Assembly (NCBI RefSeq): GCF_001194135.2
Contig: NC_068997.1
Coordinates: 8,605,720 to 8,669,719 of the forward strand
Direction: 5' to 3'
DNA from: Octopus bimaculoides
Lineage: Eukaryota
DNA length: 64,000 nt
Below are positions 38,515 through 50,914 of the stretch, piece by piece; the stretch's first letter is position 1, and every line of letters begins with the position of its first letter. The notes under the pieces were generated by a model that did not search any database, was not told where the DNA came from, and worked only from the letters and a program-made list of their open reading frames with translations. Position numbers and translations under genes: made by a program.

Positions 38515-39399
38515 CGTATATATACACACACATACACCCATACATGCACATACATACACACAAGCACACACACACACACATGCACGCACAATGAGTTCCT
38601 GTTTATCATTTCTACCGACAGGGCATTGGTCATCCCGAGGGCCTGACAGAGAGTCCTTACTTTAGGTGCCACGCTTTGGGACTAAGCCTAAAACAGCAAC
38701 GTTGGGTAGCACACCTGTTAACCACAAAGCCATGTAAATAAAATTTAAAAAAATAATCAGTTTATTATAAAATTAATAATAAAATATTTTTAACTTCAGA
38801 ACTAAAAGAATTTATTAATTCACTTTGTTATTATAGCTTTGCTCTGGTGGAAGCACTCTAGTGTTTATTACAAACCATTTCTTCCTTTGTTTGTATGTAT
38901 GTTTGATCGTAACTGTTTGAATGTATTTATGTTTGTTGTTTGTTTCTTATGTAATATAAGTATAAGAGATTAAAATAAATGAGGAGTAACAAGAACACTC
39001 TAACCTTATTGGAAAAAGTATTTTTATGTAAGTGTTAGCATCTTTATTAGTCTGGTCGTTATACAAGATACATAACAATTTATTACACCTGGCACACATG
39101 GTTATAAACGAAGTAGCCAATGAAAGAGCTTCTATGAGAGGCAATGGCAGCCTTTTAGAAGTGGTGGGCTGCATGAGACATGCCTCATCAAAGGGGGCTG
39201 CACTACTTTGAAGGTAATTTCACATTTTGCATACCTTTCTGAAACTCCTGTGGGCTGCAGGTTACCCATGACTATACTATGGGATTACTCAACTTGCTAG
39301 AAATAGTTACCAAACTGCCTTCAAATCACATCCTTCCATGTTATCTGTTAATCTGAAGAAGAGCAATACTTATTACTTTTTTTCTAGACCTTTTTACGC

Positions 39400-39626
39400 T
39401 TAACCTTTTAGTGTTCAGATTACTCTGTTAAATGTAAAACTTTTTCACTCAAATTGTTTTGAATTATTCATGCATTATCTTATAGCTTTGAGGTTTCAAT
39501 GATGTGATTGTTTATTTTTAGAATGACAATGTAGGTTAGGTGTGAGAGGCTAGATATAGCCAGTTGAATATAAAACATGTAAAATATCTGGGCCAGATAT
39601 GGCCAGTTTAAACACTAAAGGGTTAA
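39400..39626. mobile_element. TTAA-flanked MITE family E, complete
   Basis: TTAA-CCTTTTAGTGTT ... AACACTAAAGGG-TTAA (12-bp TIR, one mismatch). Confidence 0.88.
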
Positions 39627-40987
39627 ACAAGAGACGAAGCTGCAGATTAGGGATGTGGGAAGGGTTCCAGTGAGAGTCCCTTTTTTTTCTTTTTGAGTTG
39701 GGGTGGGTGGGTGGTTGGAGATTTGCTAGAGTGTTTTATTCCATTCTAGGGATTGTGGTGACCGATGAGTGTCAGGCTAGCTATGACTAAGCTGATGAGT
39801 GGTCAGAGATTCCTGCTCTGACCATTGCACTTTTCATACATCCAAGACTACAGTGTCTAATCTGTAAACTTTTTTTATAGACATTAGGGCATAATATGGA
39901 GATTTAGTTGCTATTTTTAGTAAGGCCATCAACCACATAGAGATTTTATACCAAAACAGACAGCAGAGCTTGATGTAGTCTTCTGACTTGCCGGCTCTTG
40001 TCACATCATCCAACCCATGCCAGCATGGAAAACAGGCATTAAATGAATTTGATGATGCTGACTGCACTACACGAGTCCGTTTAGTGGTAGTCTTTGTCCA
40101 TCACCTTGTTTAACACCGTCACATAACCAAACACTTGGTTGTCTTTACCAGAAATCATTTTATTGCATGCTTTCAGAACATGTTTCTTGTTTGATTATTG
40201 ATAACTTAATATCTGCATGCACTGATGCACTCTTTCCTAATGCAGCAACCTGTATGCTAAAGTTTCTTCCTCTCCCCACCACCACCAACCAAACTTAGAT
40301 GCCCTGTAAAAGGTCACAAGTGCTTTCTCTCTCTCCCTCTCTCTCTCTCTTGTTCTTCTCTCTCAGCTAAATATAAATATAAATTTTTTTTAGAAAGAGT
40401 TACTAAAAACTAGATTTCGAAACCTAATGAACACAGTCACACCTCAAGATATTCCAACTAATCTTTATTCTGTAAATCTTTCACAATACAACCAATGGGA
40501 ACAACAAGAATCAGAACAACAATAACAAAGACCACCACCACCACCACCACTTCCATTCCAGCTGTAATTAGTATGCATCACTTGATCATTAACTTTCAAT
40601 CTTGGTAATATTGTATTTCATTTTCAATATAAGTTCTTCACACAAAAGTACTATGCCATGCTACGTAGATAACGAAGCTTTTAATTACGCTTCCTTTCTC
40701 GTATAATCTTCTCATACTTATTTGTTTCGTTTTAATTATATTTTAATTTAACTTCGAATTGATTACACACAAGGGTTTCTGAAGAATGTTTATTTTATAA
40801 CTTGATTTCTTACTGAGGCAAAAAAGCTTATAAATTTATCACTGAAGTGAAATGAATGGATGTGGCATTGATGCCTTTCCCAAGAGCATTGTTACTGTTG
40901 ATTAACTCTTGGTCATTTCAACTCTGATTGAATCAGGAAAGGCATTCTAGCCATTACTATTCTATCTTGGGGTGTGGGAGTATGTAT

Positions 40988-41322
40988 CTTGACCCTTTAG
41001 CATTTAAACTAGCCATATCAGGCCCCTCATACCTATCTTACATTGTCATTCTAAAATTGGCATGTAAAAGCACCCACTACACTCTCGGAGTGGTTAGCGT
41101 TAGGAAGGGCATCCAGCTGTAGAAACTCTGCCAAATCAGATTGGAGCCTGGTGTAGCCATCTGGTTCACCAGTCCTCAGTCAAATTGTCCAGCCCATGCT
41201 AGCATGGAAGGCAAACGTTAAATGATGATGATGATCTCTGAAATCTCAAAGCAAAATTAATTCAAAACAATGTGGTTGAATAAGCATTACATTTCACAGA
41301 GTAATCTGAATGGTAAAAGGTT
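40988..41322. mobile_element. Family-E MITE interrupted by a family C copy (about 41053-41235, plus)
   Basis: E sequence stops at CATTCTAAAAT and resumes at TGAAATCTCAAAG after the (GAT)n tail of C. Confidence 0.75.
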
Positions 41323-41508
41323 ACACTACTGCATTGTTTAACAGGTATCCTTCCCTTTCTTAAGATAGCAGAGTGTAATCTGAAGGAGATTTGACTGTTA
41401 TTTTTCACAGTGAACAACCACTTAATCTCTTTATTGAAATGGAGTTAGCCGGATGTGCCTCATTACTGAACTCATTCTCATGTACTTGTAAATTCAATCG
41501 GTAACATA

Positions 41509-41725
41509 CAAAGGTGGTGCTGAAAAGTTGCTGGCTTTGGGTAAATGAAAATACAGGAGGATCAGTTGATTATGAGTTTATTCAACATATTCCCCTCTCA
41601 GATTCACACACTTATTGCAGTGGTCCACCAGTTTTTCTAAGTCCTGTAAAAGAACTCGGAATTTTGGTCCTCCAACCTGGCCTTACACGATGCCATTGAA
41701 AGCAGGAATTTTTCAGTACCTCCAC
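41509..41725. mobile_element. Tc1/mariner-like MITE
   Basis: TA-CAAAGGTGGTGCTGAAAAGTTGCTGGCTT ... GCAGGAATTTTTCAGTACCTCCACG-TA. Confidence 0.75.
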
Positions 41726-41975
41726 GTAGGTGAGTACAGTACTTTGTTGCAAGAGGCAGAAACACATCATCAGAAGAGAGTTCTGTCAATGGGTGAAGAA
41801 CCCAATAAAGATCTAAGAGAAACTGATGGAGCCAAAACATCTCCCACCTACATAACACGAATTAAACCAAACACCAAAAGCTAACAAACAGCTTGATATT
41901 TTCTACAATGTTGTCACCTATTTGCAGTTAGGTGAACCAAGCATTTTGAGGGTTTAACTATATCGGAGACAGATA

Positions 41976-42385
41976 TACTCTTTTACTTGTTTCAGTCATT
42001 TGACTGTGGCCATGCTGGAGCACTACCTTTAGTCGAGCAAATCGACCCCAGGACTTATTCTTTGTAAGCCTAGTACTTATTCTATCGATCTCTTTTGCCG
42101 AACCGCTAAGTTACGGGGATGTAACCACACCAGCCTCGGTTGTCAGGCGAAGTTGGGGTGGGGGACAAACACAGACACACAAACATATACACACACACAC
42201 ATATATATATACATATATACGACGGGCTTCTTTCAGTTTCCGTCTACCAAATCCACTCACCTGGCTTTGGTCGGCCCGAGGCTATAGTAGAAGACACTTG
42301 CCCAAGGTGCCACGCAGTGGGACTGAACCCCGAACCATGTGGTTGGTAAGCAAGCTACTTACCACACAGCCACTCCTGCGCCTAT
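41976..42385 (-). mobile_element. Family-A SINE, young and full length
   Basis: Near-identical to 23295-23690. Confidence 0.92.
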
Positions 42386-42469
42386 GATGCAATAAAAAAA
42401 TAGATTAATAAAAAAAAATATTAACACTTAAACTGAGTGTCCATTGCTCTTAATGAATTGGCCATCTGT

Positions 42470-42944
42470 AAGTGCTCTCATTTAATCCTCCAGCGCTAAG
42501 ATTACTCTATCAAATGTCATGCATATTTATTCACATTATTTTAAATTAATCGAGCATTCTGTTGTAGCTTGAAGATTTTGAAGACATGATTGTTTATTTT
42601 TAGAATGACATTGCAGGGTAAGGTATGAAATGACAGATCTGGCTGGTTTAAACATAAAACAGGTATTGGGGCCAGATATTGCCAGTTTAAATGCTTATGA
42701 AATTAAATAAGTTAACCCTTTAGAATTCAGATTATTTTGTCCAAATGTAATGCTTATTTAGTTACATTTTTTAAAGTTAATTCTGTATTGTCTTGTTGCT
42801 TTGAGATTTCAAGGATCTGATTATATATTTTTAGAATGACATTGTAGGGTAGGTGTGAGAGGTTGGATATGGCCAGTTTAAACATACAACAGGTAGAATA
42901 TTTATTTGGGCTGGATAGAGTCAGTTTAAATGCTAAAAGTTTAA
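42470..42944. mobile_element. Two adjacent family-E MITEs
   Basis: The second starts TTAACCCTT at 42712 and ends TGCTAAAAGTTTAA at 42944; the first is more decayed. Confidence 0.72.
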
Positions 42945-43942
42945 GTAAGATTCTGTGGTCTGTTGACAGACCTTATGTTGGAAGTCATCAGTATCTTCAT
43001 CATTGTTTAACTGTCCAGGCAGGAGCCTTTGCCATGCTTCTGTGTCTGTTTTGGCATGGTTTTTATCGCTGGATGCCTTTCCAAATGCCAACTGTAAAAG
43101 TCACNNNNNNNNNNNNNNNNNNNNNNNNNNNNNNNNNNNNNNNNNNNNNNNNNNNNNNNNNNNNNNNNNNNNNNNNNNNNNNNNNNNNNNNNNATTCTAA
43201 AAATGTCAGCTACATCTTGTAGCTTACTGTTTTACAAAACACTCAAAGATAGTCTTAATAGTGTTGGTGAAGAATACTTGAGAAATTTTGAAGCCTAAAA
43301 TATTATTTTAAGTAGATCTGGGAAAAATTCTTTCTTTTTTTTCTTATTCCTTATATTTGTTGTTTTATTTCTGAAGCAAAAATAAATAAATAAATTACTG
43401 CTTTTGATGTTTTGTAAAGATACTTGTATTATGTCCCAAAAGAACATTAAATATAGTAGTTTAAGGGGGAGAAAATGTATAATTTATTTGCCGATTTTTT
43501 TTCCCCCCGCCACATGTAATTATCTGTCGAATAAATTACAGGAGACTTCATATCAATGAGTTTGATGATAGCTTGTGATTGTGGACATTTATCTTCTCCC
43601 ACTTCATCTCCCGATTTCATAAGACATTATCATTATTAATATATACATTTTAACATGGCATAGAAAGCTCAAATTCAAAAACTTACACTGCTATACTTAA
43701 ACATGTTTGTACTTAAATCCTTTTGTCTATTTATTATAATAGGTTGTAGTGGAGGGTGGGAGTGGAGAGAAGAATGCTACTTCAGAGACATTAATTCAGT
43801 TCAGTGTTGAATAGGAAAAGATGGATGGATGATGTAGAAATGTAAGCAAACTTGAATGTTACCATGGAATCATAATTTACATTGTTTTCTACATACATAG
43901 AAACAATTGCACACACACGCACAAATATATATTTGTGTGTAT

Positions 43943-43987
<45 letters not shown>

Positions 43988-44564
43988 AAATCTAAATATT
44001 AGCAAGTATTTGTATATATTTAATAATATCATATATTAATACAATGTCTTAGAGCCTATTTCCATTTAAGACCAATGATTTAATGGTTAGATTTCTTATT
44101 AGTTCTGCTGCAATTGTCCATTATTTATTTATTTATTTATTGTTTTTAATTTAATTTTCTTTTTAATTGTTTGTGTGAATTCTTCTTCCCTATTTCTGTA
44201 TCTTTAAATGTTTGATATAATTTTCACAAAATTGTTCATATATTTCATTATCTCACATTCTAATTATCTTTTTTTACTTCCTATCATTATATACTAAGCT
44301 TGACTTTTATTGTGATATTTGAAAAAAAAAAAAGAAAATTTTTTTAAATAGAAGGAAAAATTTTCAAAACTATCTTTATGTAATTTTTAGTTATTTTCTA
44401 TTTTTTTAAAAACATTTTTGTAAATAACAAGGATTCTTCAAACCACCTTTTGTTTTATACATTTGCAACTTTAAATTTTTGGCCAAGAGATGAAGAAAAA
44501 AAAAGAAAGAAAAAATCAAACAAGAAAAAAAATTGCAAGCTATCTTTTATTTTAGTTTATTTTA

Positions 44565-44930
44565 TAGGTACAGGTGTGATTGTGTGGCAAAGAATTTTCT
44601 TCCTAACCACATCGTTCTGGGTTCAATCCCACTGTGTGGCATCTTGGGCAAGTGTCTTCTATTATAGCCTTGAGCCAACTAAAGCCTTGTGAGTGGATTT
44701 GGTAAATGGAAACTGAAAGAAGCCCATCATGTTTGTGTTTGGGTTTGTCCCCCACCACCATTTGACAACTGGTGTTGGTGTGTTGCATCCCAGTAACTTA
44801 GTGGTTTGAGAAAAGTAACCAATAGAATAAGTACCAGGCTTTAAAAAACAAGTACTAGGACCGGGTTGTTCAAGGCAGTGCCCCAGCATGGCCCCAGTCT
44901 AAACACTGACACAAACAAAAGATAAAAGAT
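44565..44930 (+). mobile_element. Family-A SINE, decayed
   Basis: Head, CORE-like motif and tail recognisable. Confidence 0.8.
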
Positions 44931-45769
44931 AACGAGTATTGTTGTTAATAAACTCATGTTTGTAACATAACAACAGGTTCTTAAATAGAATTAAGACAGA
45001 AAGTTTTAATTTAAAGTGAGAGGTTTTGTAGTTTAGAATCTTGGCTGATCTGAGATGGATTAGTATTCAAGAGCTTAAGTTCTTTGTTACCATAATTAAA
45101 GGTAGTGTTGAAATACTCTACCTTTATTTGAATTCGTTTTGAAAATTATGAAGAACTTAATAACTTTCATCATTATTAAACTGGTGTTTGAAACAAATTA
45201 ACGAGAAGGTTTTATTTTAAGTCACTTTAAAATAGGAAGTTTGCATCTTAGAACACCAAGGTCAGTCTCAAGTGGATTGGTGTCAAAAGGGTTAAGTGGA
45301 AAGAAGTTATGTTTATACATGCGTATGCACACCTCACAGATACATAGGCATAGTAGAGAGTACTTTTAAAGAGGTAGCTGACATGCAGGTAGCTGTTCTG
45401 TCAGAAGCAAAGACTAGGTCTTTGGCTTCCAGTATCTTAATTGGCATTTAGATTTGTGGTTATTTGATAGCATACTCAATCCTAATTGCATAAAGTGCCC
45501 CGTCTGTTATGATATCCAATTAAGGAATTATGGTTTGTTCTGCTACATTAATTAATACTTAATTCTAAGTTCATATACTTTTATTTATTTGTTAGTCTTT
45601 AATCATAGAGTGAAACATCATTAACATTAAATTCAGACACCACTCACAAGCATGAAACACATTAATCTCACATCAATCATGACATGTGTAAACAATGCAA
45701 TTCAAAGCGAAAAATACAATGTTTGTGGTGGCCGGGGAGAGAAATATGTTATACATGTATCTATACGTA

Positions 45770-45987
45770 CAAGGGGGTGCTGAATAGTTCTTTGCTTTAA
45801 GGATATTGCAAAAGACATGGGTGGTTACCCAACCTTCCAAGTCCTTTTACAGGGCTTAGAAAAAAGTGAAAGACCATTGCAATAAGTGTGTGAATCTGAG
45901 AGGAGGATATGTTGTATAAAATCATAATTAACTGATCCTCCTATATTTTCTTTTACCTAAAGCCAGGAACTTTTCAGCACCCCCTCA
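45770..45987. mobile_element. Tc1/mariner-like MITE with TA TSD
   Basis: TA-CAAGGGGGTGCTGAATAGTTC ... GCCAGGAACTTTTCAGCACCCCCTCA-TA. Confidence 0.85.
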
Positions 45988-46183
45988 TATATGGGCACAT
46001 GTGTGACTGGTTGAGAAGCTTCCATTCCAACCATGTAGCCTTCAGTTCTGTCCCACTGCATGGAACCTTGGGCAGATGTCTTCTACTATAGCTCTGAGCT
46101 AACCAAAGCCTTGTGAGTGGATTTAGTAGACGGAAACTGAAAGAAGCCCATCATGTGTGTGTGTGTATATATAGTTATTCATT

Positions 46184-46547
46184 GTGGAGGCGCAATGGCC
46201 CAGTGGTTAGGGCAGTGGACTCGCGGTCAGACCGGGCGTTGTGAGTGTTTATTGAGCGGAAACACCTAAAACTCCATGAGGCTCCGGGACGGGGTGGTGG
46301 CGAACCCTGCTGTACTCTTTCACCACAACTTTCTCTCACTCTTACTTCCTGTTTCTGTTGTGCCTGTATTTCAAAGGGCCAGCCTTGTCACACTGTGTCA
46401 TGCTGAATATCCCCGAGAACTACGTTAAGGGTACACGTGTCTGTGGAGTGCTCAACCACTTGCACGTTAATTTCACGAGCAGGTTGTTCCGTTGGTCGGA
46501 TCAACTGGGACCCTCAATGTCGTAAGCGACGGGGTGCCAACAACAAA
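46184..46547 (+). mobile_element. SINE family D, 11-bp TSD, B-box deleted
   Basis: TSD AGTTATTCATT (46173-46183 and 46548-46558); ends in (CAA)n; lacks 23 nt present in the 25845-26076 copy. Confidence 0.9.
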
Positions 46548-47460
46548 AGTTATTCATTATTAGTTGTGGATACATTATCCATATTAAGATATACAAAATC
46601 ACTTATATAATTTTGTGTGTGTGTGTGTGTGTGTGTTTGTTTACCCTTCTCTAGATGTCATGTGAAGCTTGTAAATAAGCACCACATCATGCAAGCAATG
46701 TCCTTTGCTTACAATCACCTGTGAAAAACGTGTCTGGTCAAAGGGAAATATTATCTTGTTTGGAATTAGACGAAGGTTGGTAAACAGGAAGGAGATCAAA
46801 CCACAGAAAATCTGCCTCAACAAATTGTATCCAATCCAGGCAAGCATAGAAAAACGGACATTAAGTGATGATTGATTAATGATGAGACAACTTCACAAAA
46901 TATTTGTGTTTGTGTGTGTATATATGTGCATAGAAAGACAAATTCATTTTCTTTACACAACACATACACAAATGCACGCATTTACATATTGTCTATATAC
47001 AGTAAATCAATTTATTGTATTCTGATATATAAAGTAACACAGTACAATAAATTACATTGCAAAAAAAGTAAAAAAAAACAAAACCAGTTGAATTACTGAA
47101 TAAATTGCAGCTGAATCATGGAGTAACACATATCCACCATGACTGAAATTTTCAGCTGAAGGGAATAATATTTGCATAGAGAATTCCAAGGCAAAAACTG
47201 TAATGTCTTGAACAATGCAATGATTTTTTTATATCATTCTTGCATGGACAGCAACAAATACACAGTTCAGTTACCTGACAAGAAAACACGAGCACTCTTT
47301 TTATTGTTGTTACTGCTTTTATGTACATACATATGCAAAACTTTTGGTGTGTTTGCTCATATATACAGCACCCCTGTTGCTAACCATGAGCTATAAATTT
47401 TAACTTTTTTCAGCTTATCGTACTTCGATATAGAAAAAATTCACAACCTTCTGTGCCAAT

Positions 47461-47680
47461 AAACCACTATTGTACATTATTTACATTTGACGAATGTTTG
47501 TCCTCATCTTGTTTGTTGTTAACACAACGTTTTGGCTGATATACCCTCCAGCCTTCATCAGGTGTCTTGGGGAAATTTCAAACCTGGGTTCTCGTTCCTA
47601 AGGTATTTTTCGATGTTGTTGTTATTATTATTATTATTATTATCATTCTGGTCACTGCCTGGAATTGAACTCGGAATTTG
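47461..47680 (-). mobile_element. SINE-like element H: B-box-like head remnant, internal (AAT)n, Penelope-like tail
   Basis: Minus strand reads CCGAGTTCAATTCCAGGCAGTGACC-(AAT)n-..CCCCAAGACACCTGATGAAGGCTGGAGGGTATATCAGCCAAAACGTTGTGTTAAC..; no TSD found. Confidence 0.65.
47521..47566 (-). ncRNA. Minimal type I hammerhead ribozyme fold (Penelope-like); G12 mutated to A, probably inactive in this copy
   Basis: Stem I GACAC/GTGTT, core CTGATGA(A), stem II GGCTG/CAGCC, AAAA in place of GAAA, palindromic AACGTT helix III. Confidence 0.65.
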
Positions 47681-47761
47681 TTCTTGAAAGTTGTTTTTTA
47701 TATCTTCTACGGATTGCTTGAAGCTCACTAACTTCCTACACCTTGATCCTTGGATCTTACC

Positions 47762-47816
<55 letters not shown>

Positions 47817-49545
47817 CATGGCTGTATAGTAAGAAGTGTGCTTCCCAACCACAAGGTTCCAGGTTCAGTCTCATTGTGTGGAACCTTGGGCAAGTGTCTT
47901 CTACTATAACCTCAGGCTATAGTAATTTGTGGATGCATATTGCCTATGACTGGATGCATTTCCTGTCACTAACCTTCACCTGTTTCCAAGCAAGGTCATA
48001 TTTTCCATGGAATACTGTTAACAAACAACAGTTGCTTGTGTGAGGATTTGCTTATTTACAACCATCACACATCTAGACAAGGGAGTACACACACACACAC
48101 ACAACAGGCTTCTTTCAATTTCCATCTACCAAATCTACCTACACGACTTTGATCAGTCCAAGACTATAGTAGGAGACATTTGCTCAAGGTACCAATGTGT
48201 GTGTGTGTGTATTCATATATATTTTGATGATGATAATGATGTATATAATGATATTGCATCACTGAAAACTAAGTCTATGGATCTGCTTGTGTCACTTTCC
48301 CGACACTAACATCTATTAATTCCTTACAAGCTTTCATTTGTGTACAAAAGTGTATATAAATAGTGGACACTTCCATTTAATTTGATCTTTCAAATTTCCT
48401 TCCTCCATTTTGATAGCACACACACACACGAAGATGTACACACTGCTCTTTCTTTTAACTTGTAATAATATCTAAATTGATTTTTCGGACAAGCCATTTT
48501 GGTTCCAAGTCGTTAAGATCTCACTGAAAGTAAATTTCTGACAGGTCTTCGTTTTTGATAGACTTACACATAACAGATTCAATTAAGTGGATAGTTGAAG
48601 ACCAGGCATTATCGTGGTATGCCCAGCGTGTTGGATCTGTCGGTGGACATTCACAGTTTGTAAAAATTTACTACCTCCCTGCCAAAGGTCTGCTTGGTCA
48701 GATCTCACCATTCTCACTGAACAATAACATTTCCCAGGTTTGGTTAGTTTGCATTAATCCACAAGATGCAAAGGGTCATTTTTCTGGTTTCTCTGGTGAA
48801 TATATTCCTCCCTGGATGGGATGCCCATCTGTCATAGGATTCACTCATTTTTACCAGCTGAGTGGACTGCAGCAGTATGAAATTGTTTTGCTGAAGAACA
48901 CAATGCATTGCCTGGTTCAGGAATTGAAACCATGAAATTAGGCATGTCCACTCCCAGGTTTGCTTGTCTCAAAATGAGAGTTGTCTATCTCTGAAACCTG
49001 AAGACGATGGAAAGTTTTCTGGAGTGTGTGTGTGCGTGCACATTTCTTCATACATGAAATTCATTTAAATGATGTTTCTACATTTTTAAACAATTTTTTG
49101 TTTCTTTAAAATTGAATTTTTATTATGATATATAATTGAACTCCCTTGGAAATATTAAATAGAATAATCATTAAAAATGTAATTTAATTCAATTCCAATT
49201 TATTTTTTTCCCCAAGTAAACTTCTATAAGACTCATGATAAAATTAAATATTGCAAAATGATGAGGATGATGATGACAACAATGATGATGATGACAGAAA
49301 ACTTTTTACAATGTAGAATGGAAACCACTCCTGCACATGTATTAGAGAATGGATAAAATATTATTGTAATTACATGTAATTACATGTAATTACATGTGTG
49401 ACAGCATGGTAAAGAAATTTGCTTCCTAACCGTGTGGTCTTAGGCTCGATCCCACAGCGTGGTGCCTTAGGCAAATGTCGTCTACTATAGCCCTGTGCTG
49501 ACCAAAGTCTTGCTAGTTAATTTGCTAAGCAGAAACTAAAACAAG

Positions 49546-49775
49546 GCAGCGAGCTGGCAGAAACGTTAGCAGGCCGGGTGAAATGCTTATCGGCATTTCG
49601 TCTGCCATTACGTTCTGAGTTCAAATTCCACCGAGGTCAATTTTGCCTTTCATCCTTTCGGGCTCGATAAATTAAGTACCAGTTACACACTGGGGTCGAT
49701 GTAATTGACTTAATCCCTTTGTCTGTCCTTGTTTGTCCCCTCTATGTTTAGCCCCGAGTGGGCAATAATGAAATA
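49546..49775 (+). mobile_element. B3 SINE nested in a plus-strand family-A SINE, 15-bp TSD
   Basis: TSD AGAAACTAAAACAAG (49531-49545) / AGAAACTAAAAGAAG (49776-49790); the A head lies at about 49395-49530. Confidence 0.9.
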
Positions 49776-50020
49776 AGAAACTAAAAGAAGCTAGTTTTGT
49801 GTGTGCCTGCATGCATGCACCTTTGTCGTGACATCAGGCATTGGTTGTAAAAGAGCATCACCTGCATACAAGTGGTGTTCCATGAAAAACATGTCTAGCC
49901 GAGGGGAAATATTACCTTGCCTGGAAACAGGTGAGGGTTGGTGGCGGGAAGGTCATCCAGCTATAGAAAATCTGCCTCAGAAAATTGCATCTGATCCATG
50001 CAGGCATAGAAAAGTAGACA

Positions 50021-50245
50021 TTAACCCTTTAGCATTCAGATTAATCCATCAACTGTAATGCTTATTTATCCACATTATTTTGAATTAATCGGGTATTATC
50101 TCATAGCTTTGTGATTTTGATGATGTTGTTATGTTTAGAGTGACATTGTAGGGTAGGTGTGAGAGGCCAGATCTGGCCAGTTTGAACATAAAAAGAGATC
50201 AAATATCTGGGTCGGATATGGCCTGTTTGAATGCAAAAGTGTTAG
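50021..50245. mobile_element. TTAA-type MITE family E
   Basis: Starts TTAACCCTTTAGCATTCAGAT; internal match to 39400-39626. Confidence 0.82.
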
Positions 50246-50914
50246 AGAATTAACCTGTTTTGTCTTCTACTTCAGAAAAAAATACCCAACCACATGGTTC
50301 TGGGTTCAGTCCCACTGCATGGCAGTTTGGGCAAGTGTCTTCTAACCAAAGCCTTATGAGTGGATTTGGTAGATGGAAACTGAAAGAAGCCTGTCACATA
50401 TATATCTATGTGTATCTTTGTGTCTGTGTTTGTCCCCACCCCCACCATCGCTTGACAACTGTATAGCAGTTCAGCAAAAGAGACCGATAGAATAAATACT
50501 AGGCTTACAAAGAATAAGTTGTGGGATCAATTTGTTTGACTAAAATGTGTAAAAAAAAGTAAAAGAGAATTATTTTGCTGAACACTCCTAAATCTCATTG
50601 AAATATTAATGCAATATTTTGGTAAATAATATGTGTTCGTGATAAAGATGATTGACTGCAAACACAGCAGTGCTGAATAAGAAATGGATATGATATAGGA
50701 GGAACTGTTTAGCTTTTCTCAACATGCTTCCAGTCCATAATGTAAGACATACACAGCACCGGAATTGGTTAGTTTACTGTGTGCTAGGCATCTGTGTTGA
50801 CCCATTTATCCATGCCTACACGGAAAAACAAATGTAAAATGATGATGTTCTGAAAATAATCCTGCTGCCATGTGGGATTATTTATTGAGCATCTAAAAAT
50901 TCCTAAAGTAAGAA

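Noticed and set aside
39792-39826. CTGATGA followed by a perfect 9-bp hairpin (TGGTCAGAG/CTCTGACCA)
   Set aside because: The hairpin is real, but it has no GAAA or helix III and does not fit a C/D snoRNA layout.
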